In this document: positions 39,586 to 51,100 of the stretch, piece by piece
How the letters are laid out: the number at the start of each line of letters is the position of its first letter
Numbering within the stretch: the first letter of the stretch is position 1
Assembly: GCA_016871175.1 (NCBI GenBank)
Contig: VFZL01000001.1
Coordinates: forward strand, 64,218-128,217
Direction: 5' to 3'
Origin: Acidimicrobiia bacterium
GTDB lineage: Bacteria; Acidobacteriota; Vicinamibacteria; Vicinamibacterales; CAVVIG01
Length of the DNA stretch: 64,000 nt
Made by a program: the position numbers and the translations under genes
The notes under the pieces: generated by a model
Seen by the model: only the letters and a program-made list of their open reading frames with translations
What the model was told of the DNA's origin: nothing
Databases searched by the model: none

Positions 39586-40313
39586 TCGCGCTGACCAACG
39601 TCTCGAAGACCGTGACGAGCGGTTCGCAGCCGCTGACGATTCTGCATCCGCTCACCGTCACGATTCCCGCCGGCACGTTCATCGCCGTCGTCGGCCCGTC
39701 GGGGAGCGGCAAGTCGACGCTCCTTGGGCTCATCGCCGGCCTCGACGCACCGACCTCCGGGTCTGTGGCAATCGATGGGACCGATATCACCAAGCTCGAT
39801 GAGGACGGGCTCGCCAAACTGCGTGGCGAAAAGATCGGGTTCGTCTTCCAATTCTTCCACCTCATTCCGTCGCTGACCGCTCTGGAGAACGTGTCGGTGC
39901 CGCTCGAGATCGCGGGCGCGGCGGACGCGACAGACCGAGCCAGAGGTCTCCTCCAAGAGGTCGGCCTGACCGGGCGCGCACATCACTATCCGTCGCAGCT
40001 GTCCGGCGGTGAGCAGCAGCGCGTCGCGCTGGCGCGCGCGCTGGCCAACAATCCGCCCATTCTCCTGGCGGATGAGCCTACGGGGAACCTCGACAGCGCG
40101 AACGGACGCCACATCATGGATCTGCTGCAGAACATCCACTCGGCGCGGCGCACGACGCTCGCGCTCGTGACGCACGACCGCGAGTTGGCGGCTCTGGCCG
40201 ATGCGCGGCTCGTGCTACGCGACGGTCACGTCGTGGAACACGTGGGCGTCGATGTTGTCGCCAGTCGAAGCGTGGCCGGTTCAGGCGGTCAAGCCGTGGC
40301 AGGTGCCTCGTGA
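39582..40313 (+). CDS. ABC transporter ATP-binding protein (YbbA/LolD-like)
   Basis: Walker [10 protein letters not shown], signature LSGGEQQR, Walker [16 protein letters not shown] overlap with the upstream gene. Confidence 0.9.
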   Translation: MIALTNVSKTVTSGSQPLTILHPLTVTIPAGTFIAVVGPSGSGKSTLLGLIAGLDAPTSGSVAIDGTDITKLDEDGLAKLRGEKIGFVFQFFHLIPSLTALENVSVPLEIAGAADATDRARGLLQEVGLTGRAHHYPSQLSGGEQQRVALARALANNPPILLADEPTGNLDSANGRHIMDLLQNIHSARRTTLALVTHDRELAALADARLVLRDGHVVEHVGVDVVASRSVAGSGGQAVAGAS

Positions 40314-42859
40314 TGTTCGTCATTCGGATGGCGGTGCGCGAGACACGGGCGTCCTGGCGACGGTTGCTCTTCTTCTTCATTTGCATCGCCGTCGGCGTCG
40401 CGGCCATCGTGACGCTGCGATCGGTGATCCAGAGCGTGCGCGAGGTGTTCGGCCAGGAAGCGCGGAACCTCGTGGCCGCCGATGTTCTGATTTCGACGAC
40501 ACGCAACTGGACGCCGGAGGCGCGCGCCACCATCGAGCGCCGGCTTGCGGCGGCAAACGCCGACGCGCGAACCGACACGGTCGAAACGCCGACGATGGTG
40601 CGTCCCCAAGATACGGCGAAGACGAAGACCCGGATGGCCGAGCTCCGTGCGATCGGCCCTGAGTTCCCGCTCTACGGCACGATGACCCTCGAGGACGGAC
40701 AGACGTACCGGCACGAGATGTTGAAGGACCGGGGTGCGCTTGTGCGTCCCGAGCTCTTGACGGCCCTCGACGTCAAAGTGGGCGATGCGATTGTCATTGG
40801 ACAGCTGCCGTTTACGATTCGCGGCGTCATCGCCAACGAGCCGGGGCGCCGCGTCGGTGACTTCAGCCTGGGGCCGCGCATCATGATCGACATCGCGGAC
40901 GTCGAGACCACCGGGCTCCTCGCAGCCGGGAGCCGAGTGCGCCGCGTGTTGTTGGTCCGCGTGCCCGAGCGGGAAGTCCGACCGCTGGTGCGACAACTCC
41001 GAGACGACTTCAAGAATCAGTTCGTCAACGCGCGGTCGTTTCGATCGGACGATGACGAGATCGGCCGTGATTTCGATCGTGCGGAGAACTACCTGAGCCT
41101 CGTGGGTCTGGTCATCGTGATCCTCGGCGGAATCGCGGTGTCGAGCGTGACGCGCGTGTTCGTGCTCCAGAAGATACGCCCAATCGCCGTCCTGAAGTGC
41201 GTGGGCGCACGCAGCGGGCAGATCATCGCGGTGTATCTCCTCCAGGTGTTGACGCTCGGTCTGGCCGGGAGCCTGCTGGGCCTCCTCCTAGCGCGTGGAG
41301 CGGTGGCGTCGATTCCGTACTTCGTCCCTCCAATCGACACGTCTTCTGCCGGCACGCTCTTGTCCGAGGTGAACTACGGGGTGACCTGGAGCGCGGCGGC
41401 GCAGGGACTCGGCATCGGGGCGCTCGTGTCGCTGCTCTTCTCGATCGTGCCGCTGCTGCAGGTCCGGTTCATCAAACCGTCCTTGCTCCTCCGCGACGAG
41501 ACATCGACGGCTGGATTCGACTGGACGAGAGCGGTCGCCGTGACCCTGGTCGGCGCGGCGCTCGTGGCCCTGACCGCCTGGCAGGCGGCGTCGTGGACGG
41601 TCGGTCTCGCCGTGTGCGCGGGATTCGCCGGTCTCGCCGTCATTTTGGTCTTTGTCGGCCGTCTGCTCGTCTCGGTGGTGGCCCCGCTGTCGAACGCGCG
41701 CTCGTTCCCGCTGCGACATGCGGTGCTGCATTTATCGAGACCCGGCAATCAGACACGCGTCATCTTGCTGGCCGTCGGCCTCGGAGCGTTCTTCATCGTG
41801 GGCGTCCGCTCGCTGCAAGGGAGCCTGCTCGAAGAGCTGTCGATGCAAATGTCGGAGGACTCGCCGGACATGTTCTTGATGGACATTCAGCGCGAGCAGG
41901 CGGACGGGGTCCGCGCGTTCCTCGCCGACCCGGCCCGTGGGGCCGGGCCCGCCAAGCTCATCCCGGTGCTCCGCGCACGCGTCACTGGGGTGGAAGGGCG
42001 CGAGACGCAGCTCGAGAGTTTCGAGGACGTCCGCGCGCGCGGCTCGCTGGCGCGCGAGTACACCGTCACCTATCGCGACCAGCTCGAGGCCAACGAGACC
42101 GTGGTGGAGGGGCGGTTCTGGTCAGGTCCCGCCACGGAGCCCGAAATCTCGGTGGAACAAGATCTCGCGGAGCGCTTCAACCTCAACGTAGGCGACCTCG
42201 TCCGATTCGACCTTCTCGGTCGGACCATCATCGCGCGCATCACGAGCCTGCGCGAGGTGGACTGGCGTGACTCGCGAGCGGGCGGCTTCATGTTCGTCTT
42301 TCGGCCCGGCGTGCTCGACCAGCTGCCGCAATGGTACATCGCGCCCTTGAAAGGCCCTCCGGACGTCCAGGCGCGGGCGCGCTTTCAACACGATCTGGTC
42401 GCCCGGTTCGGCAACGTGTCGGTCATCGACTTTCGGGACATTCTCTTGACCATCCGCGACGCGATGTCGAAGGTGACGCTTGCCATCAGCGTCGTCGGTG
42501 CGCTGGTGCTCTTCAGCGGCGGTCTGATCCTCATTGGGGCCGTTGCGATGACCAAGTTCCAGCGGGTGTACGAGGCCGCTGTGTTCAAGACCCTTGGGGC
42601 GAGCACGGGAACCATTGCGCGCATGTTGCTGTTCGAGTACGGCGTCCTGGGTGCCTTGGCAGGACTCGTGGGATCGCTCGGCGCGGTGGCCTTGACCTGG
42701 GGCGTCAGCCGGTTCGCGCTGGACATCCCCTGGCGGGTCTTCGCCGGCGAACACCTCGCGGGTGTCGCACTGACCGCGATCCTCGTGGCCGCGATTGGCG
42801 TGCTCTCGAGTTACGACGTCCTACGGCACAAGCCGCTCATGACGCTCCGCGCGGAATAG
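40310..42859 (+). CDS. FtsX-family ABC permease with duplicated FtsX domains (YbbP-like)
   Basis: 849 aa. Two blocks of 4 TM helices separated by large extracytoplasmic regions. Start overlaps the ATPase stop. Confidence 0.85.
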   Translation: MMFVIRMAVRETRASWRRLLFFFICIAVGVAAIVTLRSVIQSVREVFGQEARNLVAADVLISTTRNWTPEARATIERRLAAANADARTDTVETPTMVRPQDTAKTKTRMAELRAIGPEFPLYGTMTLEDGQTYRHEMLKDRGALVRPELLTALDVKVGDAIVIGQLPFTIRGVIANEPGRRVGDFSLGPRIMIDIADVETTGLLAAGSRVRRVLLVRVPEREVRPLVRQLRDDFKNQFVNARSFRSDDDEIGRDFDRAENYLSLVGLVIVILGGIAVSSVTRVFVLQKIRPIAVLKCVGARSGQIIAVYLLQVLTLGLAGSLLGLLLARGAVASIPYFVPPIDTSSAGTLLSEVNYGVTWSAAAQGLGIGALVSLLFSIVPLLQVRFIKPSLLLRDETSTAGFDWTRAVAVTLVGAALVALTAWQAASWTVGLAVCAGFAGLAVILVFVGRLLVSVVAPLSNARSFPLRHAVLHLSRPGNQTRVILLAVGLGAFFIVGVRSLQGSLLEELSMQMSEDSPDMFLMDIQREQADGVRAFLADPARGAGPAKLIPVLRARVTGVEGRETQLESFEDVRARGSLAREYTVTYRDQLEANETVVEGRFWSGPATEPEISVEQDLAERFNLNVGDLVRFDLLGRTIIARITSLREVDWRDSRAGGFMFVFRPGVLDQLPQWYIAPLKGPPDVQARARFQHDLVARFGNVSVIDFRDILLTIRDAMSKVTLAISVVGALVLFSGGLILIGAVAMTKFQRVYEAAVFKTLGASTGTIARMLLFEYGVLGALAGLVGSLGAVALTWGVSRFALDIPWRVFAGEHLAGVALTAILVAAIGVLSSYDVLRHKPLMTLRAE

Positions 42860-42976
42860 GATCTGGACCGGAACCACTGGTGACGGGGACTGGCGGGCGA
42901 TGGGGCCGGCGGTGAAATGCTATGATTTATGCTTCGGGATCACGCGTCAACTCGTCCAGCGCGGAGTGTTAGCGGG

Positions 42977-43312
42977 ATGAACGTGCAGACCTACCGGGAC
43001 GCGCTCGTCAAGAAGCGCGACGAAATCATCGAAGCGGGTGGCGTCAAACCTCTACAAGCGTCGATGGAGAACAACACCCGCCAGGGCGACATGGCGGACC
43101 AAGCGAACGGCAGTAACGAGGTCCACATTGCGCTCAAGCTGAAGCAGACCGACGCGAAGATTCTGACGGCCATCGAAGAAGCGCTGCAGCGGATCAAAAA
43201 GGGCACCTACGGCGTCTGCCGCGACTGTGGAAATCCGATCGCGGAAGCACGCCTCCAAGCAATCCCGTGGACGCGCGTCTGCATCAGTTGTAAGGAAAAA
43301 CAGCAGTCGTGA
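42977..43312 (+). CDS. DksA/TraR-family C4 zinc-finger protein
   Basis: ATG at 42977 (MNVQTYRDALVKKRDEI). CRDCGNPI...RVCISC four-Cys finger. Coiled-coil N-terminal half. Confidence 0.8.
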   Translation: MNVQTYRDALVKKRDEIIEAGGVKPLQASMENNTRQGDMADQANGSNEVHIALKLKQTDAKILTAIEEALQRIKKGTYGVCRDCGNPIAEARLQAIPWTRVCISCKEKQQS

Positions 43313-43785
43313 CCGACACGGAGACCGTGCCACTTCTGCTCGAATTCTACCGAGACAAGCTCGAGGCGGTCGTGCGGCACATCGCGGGTGCACGGCTCGT
43401 CCCGTCGTACGACGCCAACAACACGTATCAATACATCGTGAATCGCGAGGAGACGCAGCTGGCGTGGCTCCGAAGCGCCATCATGGACCTTGGCGGGCCC
43501 GTGCCGCCCGACATTCCGGAATCGACGCGATCGGGTAACGCCAACTCGGTCTTCGACGAGGACGCAAGCGCTGCTCGGGCGTTCCTCGACAAGTGGCAGC
43601 CGCGCGTCGAGGTGCTCAAGCACGCGCGCCACAAGGGCATGCTGCAGGTCATCCTCGGCGAGACCATCGAGCAGCAGCGGTTCTTCGAGCAGGCACGGGC
43701 GGGACAGACCGACCTGCTGGGTGTCCGGACCGAGAAGGCCGGCAAGCTCGTCGGGGCGGTGTTGCCGACCCGATGGCTCGAGTAA
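43309..43785 (+). CDS. Hypothetical protein (158 aa)
   Basis: GTG start overlaps the upstream stop (GTGA). Normal amino-acid composition. No family recognised. Confidence 0.45.
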   Translation: MTDTETVPLLLEFYRDKLEAVVRHIAGARLVPSYDANNTYQYIVNREETQLAWLRSAIMDLGGPVPPDIPESTRSGNANSVFDEDASAARAFLDKWQPRVEVLKHARHKGMLQVILGETIEQQRFFEQARAGQTDLLGVRTEKAGKLVGAVLPTRWLE

Positions 43786-44267
43786 CTGTCGCGGTCGCGC
43801 TCGGATCCAGCCTCGGCGATCGCACGACCCATCTCGCCTACGCGCAGGAGCGCTTGGCCCGACTCCTTGCCGACTATCGCGTCTCCAGCATCATCAAAAC
43901 CCAGCCGGTCGGTGTCGTGGGCGAGCAGACGCCTTTCCTGAACGCAGCCGTTGTTGGCACGACAGCACTCTCGGCGCGCGACCTGCTGACGACGTTGCAT
44001 GCCATCGAGCACGAACGCGGACGCGAGCGGACGATACGCAACGCCCCTCGCACGCTCGACTTGGACCTCATCCTCTACGACGACGTCATCGTGAACGAGC
44101 CGGGTCTCGTCGTGCCGCACCCGCGTTTCCGAGAACGGCGCTTCGTGCTCGATCCGCTGGCCGAGATTGCGCCGGAGCTCGTGGACCCGGTCACGGGGCT
44201 CACGGTGGCGGCGTTGCACGAGAAGCTGATGAGAGCGGAGAGCGGAGAGGCGAGAGTTGGAGATTAG
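43773..44267 (+). CDS. folK: 2-amino-4-hydroxy-6-hydroxymethyldihydropteridine diphosphokinase
   Basis: ATG at 43773. VAVALGSSLGDR..., PRTLDLDLILYDD and VVPHPRFRERRFVLDPLAEI are HPPK signatures. Confidence 0.85.
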   Translation: MARVTVAVALGSSLGDRTTHLAYAQERLARLLADYRVSSIIKTQPVGVVGEQTPFLNAAVVGTTALSARDLLTTLHAIEHERGRERTIRNAPRTLDLDLILYDDVIVNEPGLVVPHPRFRERRFVLDPLAEIAPELVDPVTGLTVAALHEKLMRAESGEARVGD

Positions 44268-44274
44268 AACCGCG

Positions 44275-45027
44275 TCACGCCACCGTTTCCTCGAGGGGCA
44301 GTTTGCGAAGGTCCTCATCGGCGTCGCGGCGATGCGCCACTGGCCGATCCGCGACGATCAGACCGTCCCGACAGCTGATGACACGAGTGGCGTACTCGGC
44401 GATGTCATGCTCATGGGTGATGACCAGAACGGTCAGACCGCGTTCGCGGTTCAGCCGCTGGAAGATCCCCATGATCTCGACGCTCGTGCGCGTATCGAGA
44501 TTGCCGGTGGGTTCGTCGGCCAGCAGGAGGGACGGTGACGTAATGAGCGCGCGAGCGATCGCGACGCGCTGCTGCTGACCGCCGGACAGCTGGTTGGGCT
44601 TGTGGTCGGCTCGGTCGCTCAGTCCCACGGTCTTGAGCGCCTCCAGGGCACGCATCTGCCGCTCATGGGTCCGCAGCCGGCCGCTTCGATAGAGGAGGGG
44701 AAGCTCGACGTTGTCAAGGGCCGTCGTACGCGCCAGGAGGTTGAACCCCTGAAAGACGAATCCGATCTTCTGGTTCCGGATGTCGGCGAGCTCGTCCTTG
44801 TTCATTCGGGACACGTCACGGCCGTCGAGCAAGTACGTGCCAGAGGTCGGTCGGTCCAAGCATCCCAAGATGTGCATCAGCGTCGACTTGCCCGAGCCGG
44901 ATGGCCCGGTAATGGCGATGAACTCACCGGGTGACACCGCGAGCGACACGCCCCGCAGCGCGCGCACCTCCACCTCGCCCACCACGAAGGTCTTCACGAG
45001 ATGCGAGATGTCGATGACCGGTGGCAT
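44275..45027 (-). CDS. ABC transporter ATP-binding protein (MacB-type system)
   Basis: ATG at 45027 ([14 protein letters not shown]). [28 protein letters not shown]. Confidence 0.9.
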   Translation of the reverse strand: MPPVIDISHLVKTFVVGEVEVRALRGVSLAVSPGEFIAITGPSGSGKSTLMHILGCLDRPTSGTYLLDGRDVSRMNKDELADIRNQKIGFVFQGFNLLARTTALDNVELPLLYRSGRLRTHERQMRALEALKTVGLSDRADHKPNQLSGGQQQRVAIARALITSPSLLLADEPTGNLDTRTSVEIMGIFQRLNRERGLTVLVITHEHDIAEYATRVISCRDGLIVADRPVAHRRDADEDLRKLPLEETVA

Positions 45028-45049
45028 CGGACGCGCTCGAGAGGGCTGG

Positions 45050-46267
45050 TTACTCGTACCGGAGCGCCTCGATCGGGTCCAGCCGAGCCGCCTTGCGGGC
45101 CGGGTAGAACCCAAAGAACACCCCGACAGCGGCCGCAAACCCGAACGCGATCGCCACAGCGTTGGGTGGGATCTTCGCAGGCCACGACATCCACCGTTCC
45201 ATCCCCTGCGCGATGAAGAAGCCGAGGGCGATGCCGATGACGCCGCCGATGAGGCTGAGGGCCACGGCTTCAACGAGAAACTGCAGCAGTACGTCTCGAG
45301 CCTTCGCGCCAATGGCCATGCGCAGCCCAATCTCCCGCGTCCGCTCGGTGACCGACACGAGCATGATGTTCATGATGCCGATGCCGCCCACGATGAGCGA
45401 AACGCCGGCGATGCCGGCGAGGAGCGTTGTCATCGTGCCCATGGCCTGCGTGCGAATGTCCGCCATCTCCTCGAGCGTGCGAATCATGAAATCGTCGTCC
45501 TGGCCAGGCACGATCTTGTGGCGAGCGCGCAGCAGGATGGCAATCGCGTCCGCGGTGGAGCCGGTCTGGCTCGCCGAGGACGCCGACACGGTGATGTTGT
45601 GGATGAACGTGATGCCGAGCAGCTTCTTTTGGACGGTGGTGTACGGGACGAGGATTTGGTCGTCCATGTCCTCACCCATCCCTTGACCCTTGCTGACCAT
45701 CACACCGACCACCCTGAACGGCTGACTGCGGATTCGGATGACGTGTCCGACTGAGTCGACGCCCTCTCCGAACAACTGCGTGTTGACGGTCGTCCCGAGG
45801 ACGGCCACCTTGGCGGCGCTCGCGACGTCTCGCGTGTCGAAGAACGAGCCATGCCGCGTGGCCCACGAGCGGATCAGGGGGAGATCGACATCAGTGCCTT
45901 GGACGCGCGTGTACCAGTTCTGATTGCCCGCGACGACCTGGGACCGAAGATTGGCCCCGGGCGCGACGAACTGGACGCCAGGGACTTGACTGCGGATCGC
46001 GTCGGCGTCCTCGGGAGTGAGTGAGCTCGACGCGCCGACACCCATTCGCACCCCACCGCTCGTGAAGTTGCCAGCGTTGACGGTGATCATGTTGGTGCCG
46101 GCGCCCTTGATCTGATCCTCGATCACGGTTTGAGCGCCGTTGCCCATCGCCACGAGCGTGATCACGGCCGCCACCCCGATGATCATGCCGAGCATCGTCA
46201 GGCCCGTGCGCATCTTGTTGCGCCCGAGCGCCTTGAACGCGATGCGAAAGGTCATGGTCGGAGACAC
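45050..46267 (-). CDS. ABC transporter permease (MacB periplasmic core domain plus FtsX domain)
   Basis: 405 aa. N-terminal TM, large periplasmic domain, C-terminal 3-TM FtsX block. GTG at 46267 directly follows the adaptor gene's TAA. Confidence 0.85.
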   Translation of the reverse strand: MSPTMTFRIAFKALGRNKMRTGLTMLGMIIGVAAVITLVAMGNGAQTVIEDQIKGAGTNMITVNAGNFTSGGVRMGVGASSSLTPEDADAIRSQVPGVQFVAPGANLRSQVVAGNQNWYTRVQGTDVDLPLIRSWATRHGSFFDTRDVASAAKVAVLGTTVNTQLFGEGVDSVGHVIRIRSQPFRVVGVMVSKGQGMGEDMDDQILVPYTTVQKKLLGITFIHNITVSASSASQTGSTADAIAILLRARHKIVPGQDDDFMIRTLEEMADIRTQAMGTMTTLLAGIAGVSLIVGGIGIMNIMLVSVTERTREIGLRMAIGAKARDVLLQFLVEAVALSLIGGVIGIALGFFIAQGMERWMSWPAKIPPNAVAIAFGFAAAVGVFFGFYPARKAARLDPIEALRYE

Positions 46268-48064
46268 TTAACGCCCACCTCCACCACCACGTCCGACGCC
46301 GCCCCCAGGACCGCCGAACCGGACGGGCTGTCCGCCGATGAAGGGCGGAAACGCCGAGAGCGCGGGCCGCGTGGTGGCATTGCCAAGGGTCACGTTGGTG
46401 ACGAGGGCTGTGCCTTCCTCGATGTCTGGACCCTCGAGCAGTTCCGTGGTCTGGCCATCGGTGATCCCCAGCCGGACCCGTACCTGGGAGAGTCGCCCGT
46501 CGTTGAAGAGCCAGACGCGTCCGACCGTTTCAACCGTGGGGAGCGGACCGAAGAGTGCGTCGATGGTGGTCGCCTCCGGATTTCGAGTCGCGAGCGGGGA
46601 CTTGAGAGGTGATACGCCCCGACCGCTCGAGTCAGCGCCTCCTCGCTCGTTCGTGCCGCCGCGTCCCCGATCGCGCGTATCGTTCCGATCGGACGGTGCC
46701 GCATCCACGGCGTTGTCGCGCCCGCCTCGCGCGGTGGGATCGAATCCGCGTGCGAGCATTCGCTCGACTGCCCGATCGCGTTCTTCGGGTGGCAGCGTCT
46801 GGAGCCGCGCGAGCAATCGGCCACGACGTTCCCCTGAGTCCCGGGCCGGTGGCGCGACTGTCGTGTCCCGCCTGGCCGAATCGTAGCCCCCGGCAGCCGT
46901 GTCGCGTTCGGGCATCACGGGGGTGGAGCCCGATTTCGCCGGGGTATCACCTCTCCGCGAGGGCCCGACCGGCGGTTGAACGGGTGCCGACACCGGCAGG
47001 GTCGAGCTGATAGCCGTCTGGTCCTCGGTTACGCCGTATGCTCGACCGGTGTCGCCGCTCCCGTGACCCCCGGCGGCGGGTGGCGTCTGGCCGAGCGCCG
47101 CGAGTACCTCGTTCGACGGCCGGAATCGCAGCGCCGTGTTCGGCACGCGCAGCACGTTTGCGCGCCGCGCGATCTCCACGTTCACGTTGGCTGTCATGCC
47201 CGGTTTCAGCTTGAGGTCCGGATTGGGCACGTCGATGACCGTTGCATACGTCACGACGTTCTGTTGCACGATCGGTTGGAGCCGCACCTGAGCCACCTTG
47301 CCGGTGAACTCCTCGCTGGGATACGCGTCGACGCGGAAGACGACCGTCTGGCCCGGACGGATGCGTCCGACATCGGATTCGTCGAGGTTTGCCAGGACTT
47401 GCATCTTGGTGAGATCTGCTGCGAGCACGTACAGCGTCGGCGCCTGCATGCTGGCGGCGACGGTCTGACCGACGTCGACGTTGCGTGAAATCACGAGGCC
47501 ATCGATGGGCGAGGCGATGACGGTGTGTGCCAGATTGACCTGCGCCTGGTTCAGCGCTGCCTGCGCTTGCGTGACCTGTGCCTCGGTGGATCGCAACTGC
47601 GCCTCGTTCGAGCGTGCCGCCACTTCCGCCGCGTCCAGCTCGCTGCGGGACAAGAGCTGACGCCCGGAGAGCTCGCGGGCCCTCGCCAGCTTCGTCCTCG
47701 CGTCGTCGAGCGCGACCCGCAGGCGTTCGACGTCAGCTTGGGCACGCGTGAGATTCGCCCGGGCTTGTTCGACTTGGGTTTCAAAGAGCGACGGGTCCAG
47801 GCGCGCGAGCACTTGGCCCTTCCGCACGAGAGAGTTGAAGTCCGCGTAGAGCGACTGAATGGTGCCGGACACCTGAGTGCCCACCTGCACCGTGGTCACT
47901 GCCTGGAGCGTTCCGGTCGCGCCCACACGATCGACCAGGTCTCCCCAGGTGACCGGTGCGGTGGTAACGGTCGGGGGTACCGGCCGCTGCCGGTAGCGGT
48001 AATAGGCGTATCCGCTGCCTCCGAGGGCAGACAGGACAGCCAGCGTCAGCAGAACTCTCTTCAC
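46268..48064 (-). CDS. HlyD/MacA-family periplasmic adaptor with a ~170-aa low-complexity insertion
   Basis: N-terminal TM, lipoyl/hairpin region (GQVLARLDP, coiled-coil ARANLTRAQADVERL...), then beta-barrel. Residues ~325-498 are Arg/Gly/Asp/Pro-rich. The C-terminus ends GGPGGGVGRGGGGGR. Confidence 0.8.
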   Translation of the reverse strand: MKRVLLTLAVLSALGGSGYAYYRYRQRPVPPTVTTAPVTWGDLVDRVGATGTLQAVTTVQVGTQVSGTIQSLYADFNSLVRKGQVLARLDPSLFETQVEQARANLTRAQADVERLRVALDDARTKLARARELSGRQLLSRSELDAAEVAARSNEAQLRSTEAQVTQAQAALNQAQVNLAHTVIASPIDGLVISRNVDVGQTVAASMQAPTLYVLAADLTKMQVLANLDESDVGRIRPGQTVVFRVDAYPSEEFTGKVAQVRLQPIVQQNVVTYATVIDVPNPDLKLKPGMTANVNVEIARRANVLRVPNTALRFRPSNEVLAALGQTPPAAGGHGSGDTGRAYGVTEDQTAISSTLPVSAPVQPPVGPSRRGDTPAKSGSTPVMPERDTAAGGYDSARRDTTVAPPARDSGERRGRLLARLQTLPPEERDRAVERMLARGFDPTARGGRDNAVDAAPSDRNDTRDRGRGGTNERGGADSSGRGVSPLKSPLATRNPEATTIDALFGPLPTVETVGRVWLFNDGRLSQVRVRLGITDGQTTELLEGPDIEEGTALVTNVTLGNATTRPALSAFPPFIGGQPVRFGGPGGGVGRGGGGGR

Positions 48065-48155
48065 GACACCCGATCACCGTCGAAGGTTCCCTCGCGAGCC
48101 GATGCGCACTGCCAACATCGGCTCTCAGCTCTCGCTTGTCGGCCCTCTCCGCCGC

Positions 48156-51100
48156 TCATTGCCCCGCCTCGGCCTCCCGGCCCGTCTTCTTGAAGAGCCC
48201 TTCCTCGAACAATGTGTATACGACCGGCACGAGGACGAGGGTGATCACGAGCGAGGTCGTTAGGCCGCCGATGACGACGCGGGCGAGGGGAGCCTGGAGC
48301 TCGCTGCCCTCGCCGATGCCGAGTGACATCGGCACGAGCCCCAGCGCGGTGGCGATCGACGTCATCAGAATCGGGCGCAGCCGCGTGCGACCCGCGACCT
48401 CAACGGCCTCCCGCAGGGGGAGCCCATCCCGTCGCCTCAGGACGTTGGTGTAGTCGACGAGCAGGATGCCGTTGCTGACGACGATGCCCGCCAACATGAT
48501 GATGCCGATGTAGGCCTGCATGTTGAACGATGTGTCGGTGAGGTACAACGACAACACGACGCCTAGCGCGGCTGTTGGCACCGAGAACATGATGATGAAC
48601 GGATCCCGCAGTGACTCGTACTGCGACGCCATCACCGCGTAGACCAGGACCAGCGCCAGCAGTAGAACGGTTCGGAGTTGATTGAACGCGCGCGCTTGTT
48701 CCTCTACCTCCGATCCGAATCCGATCGTAAAATCCTGCGGCATCATCGGGAACAAGCGGGGCAGCTGCGTTTGGACGGCCTCCACGGCCTGGCTCAGACT
48801 CACTTCGGGCTCGGCTCTCACGTACGCGATCCGCTGCTGGTTCTTCCGCTCGATCTCCGTCGGCCCGACGGAGTTCTCGAGACTCATCAGGTTCTTCGCC
48901 GGCACCACTTGGCCGCTCTGCACGCCGATGAGCACGTCCTCGACGTCGCTCGGCGCCTGACGCTCGTCTTCTTTCAGCCGCACGATGATCGGATACTCCT
49001 GGCCCTCTTGTCGGTACATCGCGGCCTGGCGACCGGCGACGTTGGTGCGAATCGTTTCGGCCACGGCCGTGCCCGAGAGTCCGAACAACGCAGCCTTCGA
49101 CCGATCGACGCGCACGGCCAGCTCCGGCCGACCCTCGTCGCGACCAAGGCGCGCATCCGCGACTTCAGAAACACCGTCCATCAGATCCTTGGCTGCCCGA
49201 GCCAGCTTCCGCGAATCGTCGATGCTTTCACCGCGGATCTCGAGCGAGAGGCGTCCACCTCCACCGTATCCGCCCATGCCGCCCCCACCACCACCGCCGC
49301 CCGAGAAGAAGCGGTTCATCGCGTAGTTGCCACCAGACGCGTTGGCGCGGACGATCACGCCCGGAATCTGCGAGAGCTGGCGTCGCAGTTCACGCGCGAT
49401 CTGCTCGCTCGACCGTGTCCGTTCGTCTTTCGGCGTGAGCAGGATCTGGATGTTGCCGCGATTCAGGCGCCCGCTGCCCGTGGGGCCGAACCCTCCGCCG
49501 CCGCCGGCGTTCACGATCACGTCGACGGCCTCTGGGACCAGCTGGTTGAGTGAGGCCTCGATGCGCTGGAGCACAGGGTCGGTGACCTCCAGGCGCGTCC
49601 CGAGCGGCAGCTCGACGTCGACGCGAACCTGTCCTTCGTCCGCCTGCGTCGCCAGCTCGGTGTTCAACTTCGGGAAGATGACGACCGCTCCGACGATGGA
49701 GGCCGCGGCCAACGCGACGACCGTCGGCCGGTGGTTCAACGCAACGTGGATCAATCGCCGATACCCCTCGTCCATGCCGTTCAGAATGCGCTCGCTAAGG
49801 TTGTACAGCGCGCCGCCCAGGCCCCGCCGTTGATCCGGAGGCGGTGGCAGGACGAGCAGCTTGGAGCAGAGCACAGGCACCAGCGTCACCGCGACGAAGA
49901 GGGACATCAGCAGAGAGAAGACGACGACAATCGAGAGCTGCTTGAACATGATGCTCGAGATGCCCTCGAGGAACAGTAGCGGCACGAATACCGCGATGTG
50001 CGTGAGAATCGACGCGAGGATGGCAGACCACACTTCCTCGCTGCCCTCGATCGAGGCCGTCAGGCGATCCTTGCCGTGCTCCTCCATGTGGCGGAAGGAG
50101 TTCTCGAGCACGACGATCGCCGCGTCGACGACCATGCCCACGCCGAGCGCCAGCCCGCCGAAGGTCATGGTGTTCAGCGTCAGGCCCGAGAAGTAGAGCA
50201 GAGCGAACGTCCCGACGATCGAAATCGGGATGGCGGTCGCCACGATCAGCGTGGAGCGGAAGTTCCGGAGAAAGATAAAAATGATGAGGACGACCAGCCC
50301 CGATCCGATCAAGACGTGATCCGTCACGGCGCCGATCGACCGCTCGATGAACTTCGCGCTGTCCTCGACGAGCATCAATCGCACGCCTGGCACTTCGCGA
50401 TTCGCTCGCTCGACCTCTCGGCGCACGCCTTCCGCGACCTGCACGGTGTTGGTGCCGGACTGCTTGGTGATCATCATCCGCACGCCGGGCTGGCCGTTGA
50501 TGCGGAGCAGCGATCGGAAGTCCTCCGTGGAATCGCTCACCTCGGCGATGTCGCGGAGGTATACGGGGACACCGCCCTTGGTCATGACGACAAGGTTCTC
50601 AATCTGTTCGAGCGAGGCGAACTGTCCTTCGCTCCTGAGCAGCAAGGCGCGGTCGCCCTGGTAGACCTCACCGATCGGGATGTTCTGGTTCTCCGTGCGG
50701 AGGATGTTGACAATGCGATCGACCGAGAGATCGAGGGCGTGAGTCTTCGCACGAGAGAGGTCGACGTGGATTTGTCGGCGCAGCCCGCCGTTGATGTTGA
50801 CCGCCGCGACGCCCGGCACGCGCTCCATGCGCCGCGACAGGACGTTCTCCGCGAGCTCGCGCAGCTTGACGCGGTCCAGACTGCCGTCCGTGCTCTCCAC
50901 GGCCACCTGCATGATCGGCATCGCGTTCGAGTCGAACTTCATGATGACCGGTGGGTCCGCGTCCTCCGGGAGCCGGCCCTTCACACGATCGATGCGCGTG
51001 CGAATGTCGTCCATGGCCTCGTTGAGGTCATGGCCCCAGGTGAAGTTCAGCTGAATATTCGAGTTGCCTTCGCTCGACGTGGAGTTGATTTGCTCGAGGC

